A stretch of 61,860 nucleotides of DNA, the filler included, from Asterionella formosa (Eukaryota), in the NCBI GenBank assembly GCA_002256025.1. It is 6 parts of 6 records of this genome, joined end to end, with 100 filler letters (N's around TTAATTAATTAA, not from the genome) between each part and the next. Parts side by side here need not be neighbours in the genome. Positions count along the whole stretch, not along the records: positions 41,322 to 51,541 come from NKIB01009748.1; positions 51,642 to 61,860 come from NKIB01009758.1; 4 more parts are not named here. One strand, written 5' to 3'. Position 1 is the first letter of the stretch. Each line of letters starts with the position of its first letter. Of the stretch, positions 50,045-61,702 are shown one piece after another. The position numbers were made by a program, and so were the translations under genes. The notes beneath the pieces are model-generated. The model saw only the letters and a program-made list of their open reading frames with translations. It made no database searches and was not told the origin of the DNA.

Positions 50045-51541
50045 TGTTGAAATTGCGTCCCGAAGCACTCTATGCTTTCTTGTATCCTGAAGGACACGTC
50101 AGGGACCAAATAGGCTGTAGATATGAACAACGATGTCTCCGTAATCGATTGTAATCGTTCCTAAGAGTTTTAATAGAATTATGGGTTTTTAACTGTTGGC
50201 GTAGATTGTTTTCGAATTCTCTGGTACCATATTCTTTCTTGATTCATTCGATTCAATATGTAGTAGGTAATTCATACCGGGATTTTCTTTCCTAAAATAT
50301 TTTCTCCAACACACTCCTGCTGGACACGGATGCTCACTTTGAATTCATAATTTGCTGACGAAAATGAATAAATTTCGTTCCAACCAGTGGTTTCGTCATG
50401 TAGTCTGCTAACATTGCATCCTTTGGACAGTACTTAATTTCTGCTTCCTTTCTTGCAATAAGATCAGTAATAAAAAAATATTTGATGTTGAAATGTCGCG
50501 TGCGTTTTCCTGAACTTGCTTTTCCATTTGCTTCTAGCTTCATTGCGCTAGTGTTGTCACGGTAAATGACATTTGTAGTCACCTTGTGTCCTTGTGCTTC
50601 AATAAATAATTTCGTCCACAACACCTTTGATATGATGTCATCGACACCAACCAATTCTGTTTCAGTCGAACTTCTAGTGTTCACTTTCTGTTTCATGGAC
50701 ATAGAACAAATAATTCCGTTTCCAAGTGACAATGTGGCTCCAGTGTGACTTTTAAAATCTTTGTGTACTGCAAACGCCGCATCAACGTACCATTTAATAC
50801 TCTGAGTGTCATCAGCACTCATAGATGCAACCTCGTTCTGAGTTGCTTTCAAGAAATTCATGATCTTGACTAATTTTTTCCAATCGCCTTCATTCAGTTC
50901 AGTAGTTCGGGTTGCCAGAAATGCAATTCCTGGTTGAATGTCCTGTCTTCCTTGCTTACATAGGAACATTCCTTTCATAACAAAAGTATGAAATATTTTT
51001 GCTTTTTCATATTCAAGCTTCTTTGATTTCGTATCAACTGTGAACAATTTATCTGTCCATGGGAATTTTCCAACACCTTCAAGTTTCACTGGAAAATCAT
51101 CAATCATTGATTTCACATATTTGGTCATGTCCACCCTCAACACTCCTGGAATAGAGTAATCTAGTGTCATCGCCAAATAATCATGTTTCTTTCCACGCAT
51201 GACCTTGACTTCACCACTTTCGTCAGAAGCGTATTTCTGTTTGAGCCATTCCAAAAATTGATCATTCACTTTGCTGTCCACGTGACTTGATTTCAAATCG
51301 TCTACGTGCCAAGTAACTGTGTGCTGTTTGCCATTAACAATGCGATTTGCAACACATGAATCATATGGGTTTACCTTGAATCCAATTGACTCAATATCCT
51401 TCCGAAGTTTCTTGTAATATAATAATGATGACTGTAACATGCCATATAATGCCTTGATCATCCTAACATATAGGACCTTGTTGTTCCCTTCATAAACAAC
51501 ATATTTTTCATAAGTCTCGGGGCTGAGTTCTGTCAACATAT
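50045..51541 (-). mobile_element. Ty1/Copia (CoDi-like) 3' end: uninterrupted RT-RNase H ORF (50334..51539), PPT and 3' LTR
   Basis: KALYGMLQS, WHVDDL, YVDAAFAVH..KSHTG, RSSTETEL, DNTSA, KRTRHFNIKYFF and ADYMTKPL. CAGGAGTG is followed by an LTR starting TGTTGG at 50311. The LTR end CAACA is most likely at 50045, alternatively at 50194. Confidence 0.93.
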
Positions 51542-52360
51542 NNNNNNNNNNNNNNNNNNNNNNNNNNNNNNNNNNNNNNNNNNNNTTAATTAATTAANNN
51601 NNNNNNNNNNNNNNNNNNNNNNNNNNNNNNNNNNNNNNNNNTACTAGTGCCTACGAGGACAAAAAGAATTATAGCACGTTACTTTGTCTATGACAAGAAA
51701 ATTATTGGGTGTTTGGTTCCACCTCGAGAAAAATGTACAGGGGGGTCCAGCAACCATAGGGGGGGTCCAGGACAATGAAGTATACGGTACATGCTCAACG
51801 GTTCTAGTCGCAATTTCAACTACCAGGTCCGGTAGCTCTCGCGCGGTTTCAGTTACTAGTAAAGTAGGTACCGGTACCTGGCAGAGAAATTGGTAGATTT
51901 CCAATCATGACAACAGGAACTGGTATCAGGTACTACGTTGGAGCTGAAGAGGCTCTGATGTACAATGAGCAATAATTTTGCATATCGATGCAACTGTTAC
52001 TAGACAGAGGGAGTACCTTACAAGGGTCTGAATGCATTGGGTTTTCCTTTGTGATACTCCGTATTACATAGTCGTTGCAGTGCTTCTTAGGGTACACATG
52101 GTAACACTGTTAGATTGAAACTTGCATATAGACTACCTGGTAGTCTACAAGTTTCCGTATTTAATCAGATTGTATGATCATACTTGTCCTCCATAATCAT
52201 AAGAGGTCGAAAAAAGAAACCGATGAGGTCCTCTGAAGTTCAATGGCTCGTTTCATCATGTCATCACGAGGACTAAGTCAGCCAGCAGCTGTAAGGACGT
52301 ACAACAATACTTGATAAAATACCAATTTTTTGCAAGTTAAGGCGCATGTCTGGGAATTTG

Positions 52361-53146
52361 CTAGTAGCGCATATCCTTGGTCCAAACAATACCATGATGA
52401 ATGGTTCTCTCTTGTTGAGGCTGCAATTCGATTCGTCCAACGACGCCTTGTTGCAAGACACTCCCACCAACCCCGACTTTGGCAACACCTATAGTGGCAA
52501 GAGTGGCACTGCAACGCCCTCCATCATGTAAGTCTGCCACGGCTCGTTCCAGCACCACCTTTCTCGCATCAGGTTGTGTGACTTCGTCATAGCCCACCGT
52601 CACGTGAGCATCGTAGCCTCCAAAAACGTTGGGAGATCCAAACTTTTCAATCAAATACATTTTTCGGAGTCGTGGTAGCAGCGGCAAATCCTTGACCCAA
52701 TCAGGAATAGGCTGCGGTAGAGTTATATATGGTTGTAGGGCACGAACAATTTGGCTAGAGAGTGATCGGAGACACTTTGTGGTTGGAATGGGGTACATGG
52801 CATAAGCTCCATGGATGACAGGATCTGAATTCCAACGAATTTCACAGGGTGCATGGCCTTGAACGGCAGTTTGTGCGGCGTCGAGAAGTGACGTTACATT
52901 GAAGGATGTATTCTCTGCGTTGAATTCTGTCAGAAACAAAGTCAGGTGAGGTGAATGTACCCGCATAAACGAAACCTGTTCCGTTGATGGAAACGCTTGT
53001 TTGAGAAAGAGATTTGCTCGAAGGGCGTGGGTGTATGGACAAAGCTCTGTTGCGTTCTTTACACTATGCAGCGGCAAATGTAAGTTGAGCATTACTGCTT
53101 GTGATTTTGCGAGTAATGAGAGAGAGAGGAGTAGTAGGGCCGTCAT
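52361..53146 (-). CDS. Secreted 2H phosphoesterase superfamily protein
   Basis: Signal peptide MTALLLLSLSLLAKSQA and two HxT motifs, SPHLTLF and AHVTVG. Confidence 0.75.
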   Translation of the reverse strand: MTALLLLSLSLLAKSQAVMLNLHLPLHSVKNATELCPYTHALRANLFLKQAFPSTEQVSFMRVHSPHLTLFLTEFNAENTSFNVTSLLDAAQTAVQGHAPCEIRWNSDPVIHGAYAMYPIPTTKCLRSLSSQIVRALQPYITLPQPIPDWVKDLPLLPRLRKMYLIEKFGSPNVFGGYDAHVTVGYDEVTQPDARKVVLERAVADLHDGGRCSATLATIGVAKVGVGGSVLQQGVVGRIELQPQQERTIHHGIVWTKDMRY

Positions 53147-53263
53147 GGTGGCTGGATGCGATACTGCAATGTTTCGGTGCGTGCTCTCATCATGTTCATT
53201 CAATAAAGAAATACTTATTGTTCATAAATATTTACCGGTATATTGAGGGCAAAAATTATATTT

Positions 53264-53291
53264 AAACCCTAACCCTAAACCCAACCCTAAA
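53264..53291. repeat. Interstitial telomere-like repeat (CCCTAA-type)
   Basis: aaaccctaaccctaaacccaaccctaaa, with an inverted agggttagggg at about 53327. Confidence 0.6.
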
Positions 53292-54076
53292 CTCTTCCAA
53301 GATACTACCCCTGTATCTGAGGATAAGGGTTAGGGGTTATTCAAGGGGTGAGGGTGGTCAATGCAGTTTTTTACTGTTACAGGCATTTTGATCTTCAGGT
53401 TGCAACCAGCTACAGGTATACCGGTAGGAATTTCCTGAAAGTCATGGTCATATGCTGTGTGTTCTCTCGTTTTTGCAACTACGCACATAGAAGAGTTCTG
53501 CTATTTATTTCGCTGATTCGTGCTAGATATGAGTAGAAGGCGGTCTCTGGCCGGCGACACTCCGTTTCAGGAAAATGACCGCCACTTGCATGTACCGGAC
53601 CCCGGTACCTGGTACCAGGTACACACATGGAAGCAACAAACAGTTCTCATCTTTTCCTATACCGGTACCCGGTATGTATATTCATGCGGGTAGTCTACCG
53701 GTATGACGATTGACGGTCTAGAGTCTACTACAGTGCACGTATGTACCAGCTACCAGCTACCAGGTGCCTTGTTTACCGTTTATGTATGGCATCTTTCTAA
53801 TGCGCACAATACATCCTGGCATCTGGTATCTGGTGGTACTGTATGGTCATGTGCATGATGTTCACATGATTTGCATTGCTTGCATGGATTGATGATTTCC
53901 GCTTCTTGCTTCGATCCTGTGATTTGCTGGCGCCCCGTCGTACCGGTATGTACATAAGAACAAAAGATTCTCATAATCACGGACCACAACATTCAATCAC
54001 TTAAAACAACAACGAAATCACAGCACACCAGAACGCCACGCACACAACGCCGAAAGCAAGCCGTGCATCAACCATC

Positions 54077-55462
54077 ATGTCTGCTGAGGAATCCAGCGAG
54101 ACTGCTGCAGTTGCACCAGCGATAGAAGCAGCAGAAGAACTAGGTGACATGGTGGAAGCAACCAGCGACGAACGTCACGCCGTATTGACTGGCCCGCTCC
54201 CTCTAGATTGGACCCGTGTCAAGCAACAATCCCAAGCTGCGCCTGTTCGATACCTGTGGGATGTTGCTGATATCGATACTACGGAGGATGAGTTGGTTAT
54301 TGTGGGGACGGCCGGTGAGAAGATTACGCACATGGGACATGACTTTTCAGAGCACTGCAATCCAAAACTCAAGCGATTGGTACTGAGATCACATATGATT
54401 AAAAGCATGGAGGGGTTGTCGAAATTTGAGGAACTTGAATTGTTGGAGTTGTACGACAACATGGTTGAAGAATTGCAGGCTTTGGATGAAGGATCGAATG
54501 GATCACCGGGCATTTCCCTCAAAGTATTGGACATGAGTTACAATTCCATTCGCGACATGATTCCAGTCAAACTTTGTCCAAACTTAACGGAGTTGTATCT
54601 TGCCAACAACAAGTTAAAGAAGATTGAAGGAATTTGGGGTTTGAAGCAGCTCAAAAAGCTCGATTTAGGTGCCAACCGCATTCGTGTCATGCCTGCGGAG
54701 GAACTCAGCGGACTCGTCAACCTACAAGAGCTTTGGTTGGGCAAGAACAAAATTGAAAAAATTGAAGGACTTGAAGAGGTACGTGCGTCTCAGTTTGCAG
54801 TGAGGCATTGGGTGCAACACTCTCTACCTCTTTTCCGTGGTCTAGGACTTGACTTTTTAGGCACTCAACTTCAATTCTTGTTGACTCATCATCGTTTTGA
54901 ACTAAACAACGTGTTTTTTTAAATACCGCAGCTCACCAAACTTCGAAGACTCGATGTTCAATCGAATCGGCTCACCTGTGTCGAAGGCTTGACTACGCAA
55001 AAGGATACCTTGGAAGAACTCTACCTGGCCCACAATGCAATCACCGACGAAGGAGCGTGCCATCTCACTGGGTTAGGTCTGACATTCACCGAACTGGGCA
55101 CTCTAGATCTCTCTCGTAACGTGTTGACATCGACTCGCCCCTTGGCTCACTTGAGCTCACTTACTGACCTTTGGCTCTCTGGAAACAATATTTCATCCTT
55201 TGAACAAATTGAACCGTTGACCGACAATTTGACCCATCTCGACACGATTTATTTGGAATACAATCCATTGCAGCAAGATTTTGAATACCGCAAAAAAGTG
55301 AAGGAGCTGATTCCCAGTTTGACGCAAATTGATGCCAATCAAATTGCAGGAGTGAGTTTTCCAGGTGGTGGGGGGCAAGCAGAAACACTCGAAGATCAAA
55401 TGAGAAGACTTCAAGACATGGCAGTCCAAAGGGCAAAGGAGGAGGCTAAAAATACTAAATAA
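54077..55462 (+). CDS. SDS22: Protein phosphatase 1 regulatory subunit 7 (SDS22-like LRR protein), 2 exons
   Basis: LELLELYDN, VLDMSYNSIR, ELYLANNKLKKIEG, LDLGANRIR and ELWLGKNKIEKIEGL, then intron 54779..54931, then LRRLDVQSNRL and the LRR cap YLEYNPLQ..FEYRKKV..LIPSLTQIDA. Confidence 0.92.
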
Positions 55463-55928
55463 AAGCGAACAGATAAGGGCAGTTATTGCATATCATGTAT
55501 TTAAATGTCATGACTTCAACCCCAAGGAACTGGGGGACCGTTATAGAAATACCAGTCAACGAGGAACATGATAAAATAAAGCAACAAGAAACATGGCTAT
55601 AGTATGCATTCACTGACATTATCGTTGTTTCAAACTGACACTACCAGGGTACATTGTCCTTCATTCATTCAGAGGTAGTACGTGCCTACTGGATACACAA
55701 ATACAGCATTATCCAAATAGGACCTCACCTTGCTGCTTGTTAATATCGTCACGATGGACAAGTTGCCTTTGCTGCTGTACTCCCCTCAAAGTGCTTTGTC
55801 CCAAAGATTTATTAGGTCGTCCCGCTGCAACATCATAGTCATCCATATAAGTTCATTTCACGATTGCGAGATCCCACAGTGACGGTCGAATAACAAATAC
55901 CAGATAGTTTCTTGAATTTGAAACATCA

Positions 55929-56468
55929 TCAGCCACACAATATTCGTGATGAAACTTTCACCTTCCCGTCAAGTATCAACTTTGCCTGTCGTTCTCGTTC
56001 AGCCTGTTCTGCGGCGGCCTGGGCTTCCTGCTGAAGGTATCGCATGACAACAAAGAAGATCAATAGTTTCTCATCTGTCAGAGTATCCCCCAGCATGTGA
56101 ATTCCATTGAGTCGTCCCCAAAAGCCATATTCCAACCGGTAGTCCCCAATTTGATTTAGTCGTCCCTTGATGCCGTAATGCAATTGACAGTCGCCAACTG
56201 CATTGAGTCGACTGCCCACACCCATGGTTCCATATTGTAGTACCAAATCACCCACCTTATTAAGGCGTCCTTGCAAACCATAGGAGAGTGCATGGTCTCC
56301 AATCTTGGTTAATTTCTCCTTATTGAACAGATCGTAAGAAAGCACAAAAGGTCCCACTTGGGTAAGTCTTTTGCCCCACCAGCCATACACGAAATCATGA
56401 AGTCCAATGGCAGAGATATTCTTAGAATAGTTGTACTTTACTGGAACAAGCTTGTTGGTATCGCCCAT
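55929..56468 (-). CDS. Small protein with 5 to 6 tandem G-R-L-x-x-[IV]-G-D-x-x-L-x-Y repeats
   Basis: Units KRLTQVGPFVLSY, KLTKIGDHALSY, GRLNKVGDLVLQY, SRLNAVGDCQLHY and GRLNQIGDYRLEY. Confidence 0.7.
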   Translation of the reverse strand: MGDTNKLVPVKYNYSKNISAIGLHDFVYGWWGKRLTQVGPFVLSYDLFNKEKLTKIGDHALSYGLQGRLNKVGDLVLQYGTMGVGSRLNAVGDCQLHYGIKGRLNQIGDYRLEYGFWGRLNGIHMLGDTLTDEKLLIFFVVMRYLQQEAQAAAEQAERERQAKLILDGKVKVSSRILCG

Positions 56469-57089
56469 TTTGTGTTTGGTGTTCACCGCTTTTTTGTTGC
56501 TTGCTTTCCTGTATCGATTCAATTGCTGAAATTCGCTCCGTGATTGTTGGTTGTTGTTCAACAATGATGCAATGAATAAACATACGAGAAGCGAGGGACT
56601 ACTGGTATGTTATCAACAGAAAGTGAAACCGAAACCGAAGCCGAGAAAGAGTCACACAATCAAGTGCTCGCGAAGAATGAACGCTTATACAATAATAACG
56701 GTAATATACCGGTAATGGGTGTCACCTTAGTGAGTCGGTCTGTTGTCGTCCAGAAAGGATGCATGTACCGGTACATATTATAGTATTCTTAGTGGTTTCA
56801 TTTCGCACCCTTGGGAGTGAATCTAACTTGCAGCCCGCTGTTCCAAATCACCTACCATCGTTGCCTGTGCGATATATGTAGTCGAACATTTCAACGCATT
56901 CTTTTTATCACATCTGAATTACGACAAGACTATAACCAACGTAAAATGAAAAGGGAAAGAAACGGAGTCTTGATCAGCCATGACCTTTTAATGCATATTG
57001 CTATTCAATATATATCCCCTTTAACAGTTAACGTGTCAATCTTTTCCTTTACGATATCAAGTATCTAATGGTACTTCCCGTTCGAAGCA

Positions 57090-59437
57090 TTAATGTCCAC
57101 CAGGAACCACGCTGTCGAAAATTGGACGATCCATCAAGTTGGGAACCGACTTTCCCTTGTAAAACATGACCAATTCTTCGCCCTTGCTTTGAATATTGGC
57201 AGCCGTAAAACCAAATTTCGTAAACACAGCAGACCCCGACCCAGATGCCCCAAAGCGAGTCATCCCAATCTGGGCATGCGAAAAGCGATGCCACCCATGG
57301 ATAGAAGTCGCTTCAACACTAAGAGTTGGAACATTGCCAGGCAAAATGCTGGTTTGATACTCAACCGTTTGCTCCAAAAACAGCTCTTGGCAAGGCATAC
57401 TAACCACGCGAGTTGGGGTTCCAGCTTCGATCAACGCTTTGGCAGCGTCCATGCAGGGACCAACTTCCGAACCAGTCGCTACCAAAATTAAGGCGGGCGA
57501 TTCGGACTCAATGGCAGCGTACGCTCCCATGCATGCCTTCTCCACCGATGACCCCACAATAGCAGGGACAGTAGAACGAGAGCAACAAATAACACTTGGC
57601 GTCTTGAACTTTGTCAACGCGACCTTGTAGGCTGCAGCCGTTTCATTCGAATCGGCAGGGCGAAAGACGTTGATGTTGGGCATGGATCGCAGGGATTCAA
57701 TTGTTTCGACAGGCTGGTGTGTAGGTCCGTCTTCTCCCAACCCAATACTGTCATGAGTCATGATGTAAATAATACCAAACTGCGACAAGGCTGACAAACG
57801 AATGGCTCCAATGGCGTATCCAACAAAAGTTAGAAATGTAGCGCAAAAGGGCCGGATTCCTCCGTAGGCAAACAGTCCATTGCAAATGGCAGCCATGCCG
57901 TGTTCGCGGACACCAAATCGCAAGTAACGACCAGCAGGTGTATCCTTTTGGAAGTCTCCAGAGCATTTGAGCGCCGTCAAGTTGGACGGTGTCAAGTCAG
58001 CAGACCCACCCATGAGTTCAGGCATCTTTGGTGCAACGGCATTGAGACAAAATTCGCTAAACTTGCGACTTGCTTCATCTTTGTCCTTCCCTGCCGTAAA
58101 TGTGGGCAAAGCATCCATGATACCCTCAGGGAGTTCATGTGCAAATCGACGAGCCAACTCAGCGGCCTTGTCGGGGCAATTGGCGGTGTATTTCGCAAAC
58201 ATATCCAACCATTCAACGTGTTTGGCTTCAGCCGCTGCCACAGATTCAGCGTAGGCTTCCAACACATCGTCATCGACCTGGAAAGATTTTGTGGGGTCCA
58301 TTCCATAGAAGGCTTTGGTACCTGCCAAGTCGGTGGCACCCAAAGGCGCTCCGTGTGCATCGTGCGAGCCCTGCTTGGAAGGAGATCCATAACCAATGGC
58401 GGTTCGGATCTTGATAATGCTTGGCTTGTCCGAGATGGCTTTTGCCGTTTCAACCGCCTTGCGCAAATCCACAATGCCACCAGCGACATCACCAACTGTC
58501 TGTACATGCCATCCATAACTCTCATACCGCATATTCACATCTTCTGTGAACGAAAGTTTAGTCGACCCATCAATGGTAATTTGGTTGTCATCGTAGAGAA
58601 CAATGAGCTTTCCCAAACCCAAGTGACCAGCCAACGAGGATGCTTCTGACGAGATTCCCTCTTGTAAGCAGCCGTCGCCGCAAATGACGTAGGTGAAGTT
58701 GTCGAACACAGGAAAATCGGGCGTGTTGAAGTTGGCGGCCATGTGACGTTCAGCGATGGCTAGGCCCACAGCGTTGGAAATGCCCTGTCCTAGAGGCCCC
58801 GTGCAGACTTCGATTCCTATATATTTGCAAGTGGTTCATGATTTGGTGAGCACAAGTAAGTAAGAAGAAAGGTCATGCGAGTCAATCGTTGAGTGAAGAT
58901 CGACTTGCCGAATCGTTCAGACAACGAAGACTGTGACTCCATCACCACGAACGAGACAAGGGAGCAACGAAGATTCGGGATGGGACACAATATCCAAATC
59001 GTTGATGGAGCGACGCTTGATTCTGAGCCATTGATAAGCAAGGACCTGTCCCAACGATACACGTACTCACCTTCTGTCACGAAGCATTCTGGGTGGCCCG
59101 GAGTCTTGCTTCCAAGCTTACGGAACTGCTTCAAGTCCTCAATGCTAAGGTCGTACCCAGTCAAGTGCAACATGGTGTACTGAAGGGCGCAGGCATGGCC
59201 GTTGCTCAAGACGAATCGATCTCGGTTGATCCATTTCGGATCCTTACTCGAGTACTTCATCACTTCTCCCCACAACAGGTGTGCCATGGGAGCACATCCC
59301 ATGGGAGCGCCGGGATGGCCGGAGTTGGCGGCTTCGGGTTGATCGGCACTCACCGCGCGGATCGTGTTGATGCATTTGAGTTCCAACGAAGTGCCGTTGT
59401 ATTCGAGCTTGGCCTTCTTTCTTGTGGATGCAGTCAT
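57090..59437 (-). CDS. tkt: Transketolase without plastid presequence, 2 exons
   Basis: [22 protein letters not shown] and TPGHPE, then intron 58817..59070, then GPLGQG, the TPP motif GDGCLQEG...YDDN, FGVREH and [16 protein letters not shown]. Confidence 0.97.
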
Positions 59438-61153
59438 GCTGATGGAGCGATGGATTGGTTTCGTCGTTGAATGGACTAACAGTAAGTATATCCTGAGCAG
59501 AAATGTGAGTGTTGACCCAGCGTACAGATAGCTAAACTACCGGTACCTGGTACCAGGTATTACACATTTGTATCCTCGCTTTTTGATGGCTTCACGAAGT
59601 CAAAGATTCGCTCGTTCATGTCTCCGGCGTTTGGTGGCGTGCTTTCCTCTCTCATCCGCGTCATGCGCGCTTCTGCATTCTCGATCCGCTGCCTGCATCC
59701 TTGCTGGTCCTTTTTATTCCTAGATTACCAGGTAGGTACTAGTTACGTGGTAGATTACCGGTAGGCGGTTCTACCAGTACCAGTACCAGTAAGTACTCCT
59801 ACCAACAATAGCTATATTTGCAATGTCATGCATTTCACTTGCTAACTACGGTATTTCCTATGATGGCTGTCCCAGTAATGGACCACTACCTGGTACCTGT
59901 ACTTTTATCCAGAACGAAGGATAGGTGCTGGTTTTTCACTTTGGCCAGAAAAGCCCAATTTACGTGACTTCACGAAATTGCAAGCATTTCCTACAACTAT
60001 TTTTATACTAATGTTGTCTATCCAAGGATTTACCAGTTACATCACCACACCAGTGATACACAAGGAGAAGCATTCAATAAACATATGATGATAACCTTGA
60101 ACTGAGAAGATTGAGTCAATGAGATATTTGATTGCAGCTAGTGCACTTGCTCCCTTGTCTGGCAAGAAATCGATTAAAACAAGAAATCAATGTTGTATTG
60201 ATTCATATAGTGAAGAAAAAAATCTCTTGAGATCATCATCATGAACAATCTGGATGATTGCTTTTATGCTGAAAAGTCTGCATGTCAGTTTTGTGAATTT
60301 ATTTTTCCCAATCAATCATTCATCTCACTGAACCTTCCAAAAACATTGCCACAACTTCAATGATGGAAAAAATTGAACACAGAGAGTCCTGAAGAAATAT
60401 GTCAATATTCCTGTGCCACTTATAGGCTTGAACATTTCAAAAAAAGAAGTTCTATGTTTTAAAGAACTTGCATATTGGGATTTTGAGACAGTGGTGGTTT
60501 CATGTATTCAATATATGGTACATGAACTACATCCAACTGATTTAATTGTAATATTTGACACAGATGACAACCCAGTAGTATAATTGTTGGAAAGGTTTAC
60601 AATGGCATATGTTACCCACTTCTTTGTGACACATCTAAGCCGCGAAATATGCCACTTTTCGAAATTTCGTCTACATATTTACGGTTGTACACATCACATG
60701 AAGAACTCACACTTACCGGTAAAGAAGCTCCCTCTTCCCAGTTTTCATGTTATGTAGGTTATTACCGGTACTAGGTAAATGTACTACTAGCCAGTGGTAG
60801 GCAACCTGTTCATAATCATTCAATTAAGAGTTTACAGGAGAGAAGAAACCATTCGAACTCATAATGTTTTCGCACACAGCGCACAAAGTATATCCGTTTC
60901 GTCCACTTCAGCATGACAATCTCGCCAATCAACCCGTAAACAAACACATTCTACTTGTTCTCGTTGAAATTTTCAATTCTCACATGATACTACATCTACT
61001 ATTGAGATTCAGCATAGAAGGAGATACGAAAAAGTGCGTAACAGACTACTGTCCACATAGCTATAGTTATAGAATGATTCTGATTAGAACGCATTTCATT
61101 TTCATATCGCTCGCTCGTTTCTGCATTTGGCATACTGTACTTGAATTAACTAT

Positions 61154-61445
61154 TGAACTTGTCCGCATCTTTGATACCAACAAGCAAGAGAGCGAAAGCA
61201 AGTGGCTCTTTTCATTGTTGTTTGCTCGTAGGAAGAATTTGATATCTGTATTGTCATTTGCTTGTTGGAATTGTCTGTTGCCTCAAACTTGCTTGCCGTG
61301 TGCGTGCACACACTGTCGACTTGTTTTCAATGGTATGTTGTTCTTGTATTCACTGTTGAACTTGTCCACATCTTTGTTACCATCAATAGAGCGACGCAGA
61401 CGAAGTGGGTCTCTTCATTGTTGTTTGCTCCTGGAAAATTCGGTG
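61154..61445. repeat. Degenerate direct repeat, about 85 bp, period about 203 bp
   Basis: tgaacttgtcc.catctttg.tacca...aagtgg...ttcattgttgtttgctc occurs at about 61154 and 61358. Confidence 0.6.
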
Positions 61446-61528
61446 TCCGTTTCATCCTCATCAATAGAGAGACAAGTTCTTTTTATCATTGCGGTTTGCC
61501 GCTGGAAAAATTGGTACTCGTGGTATCG

Positions 61529-61702
61529 TCATTCGCTCGTTGGAACCACTGTCCGTTGCCTCAAACCTGAGTAGCGGTAGGACTGAAGCGCGTCCAGAAA
61601 GATACGCTCCTTTTCGGCTACTGTGAGACGAATGAGTTCCCCACTTTCCGGATCGACGACACAGTATTCCTCGTCAGGACTAGTTTCGTTTTTGCTTGAT
61701 TC
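61529..61702 (-). pseudogene. Truncated PGRL1-like gene fragment
   Basis: After an AG acceptor, EEYCVVDPESGELIRLTVAEKERIFLDALQSY resembles the PGRL1 N-terminal YC...E..FL.ALQS[FY]Y motif. Similarity then stops and a TGA follows 16 codons later. Confidence 0.6.

Noticed and set aside
57900..58649. Long antisense ORFs over transketolase, aldolase and ABCB
   Set aside because: Shadow ORFs of well-supported genes on the opposite strand.
18562..59437. Apparent carbon-metabolism cluster (NDK, aldolase, transketolase, PGRL1-like)
   Set aside because: NDK, aldolase and transketolase are on different scaffolds joined by artificial linkers.
60864..61574. 236-aa plus-strand ORF
   Set aside because: No domain and atypical composition, and it lies antisense to the PGRL1-like and repeat region.
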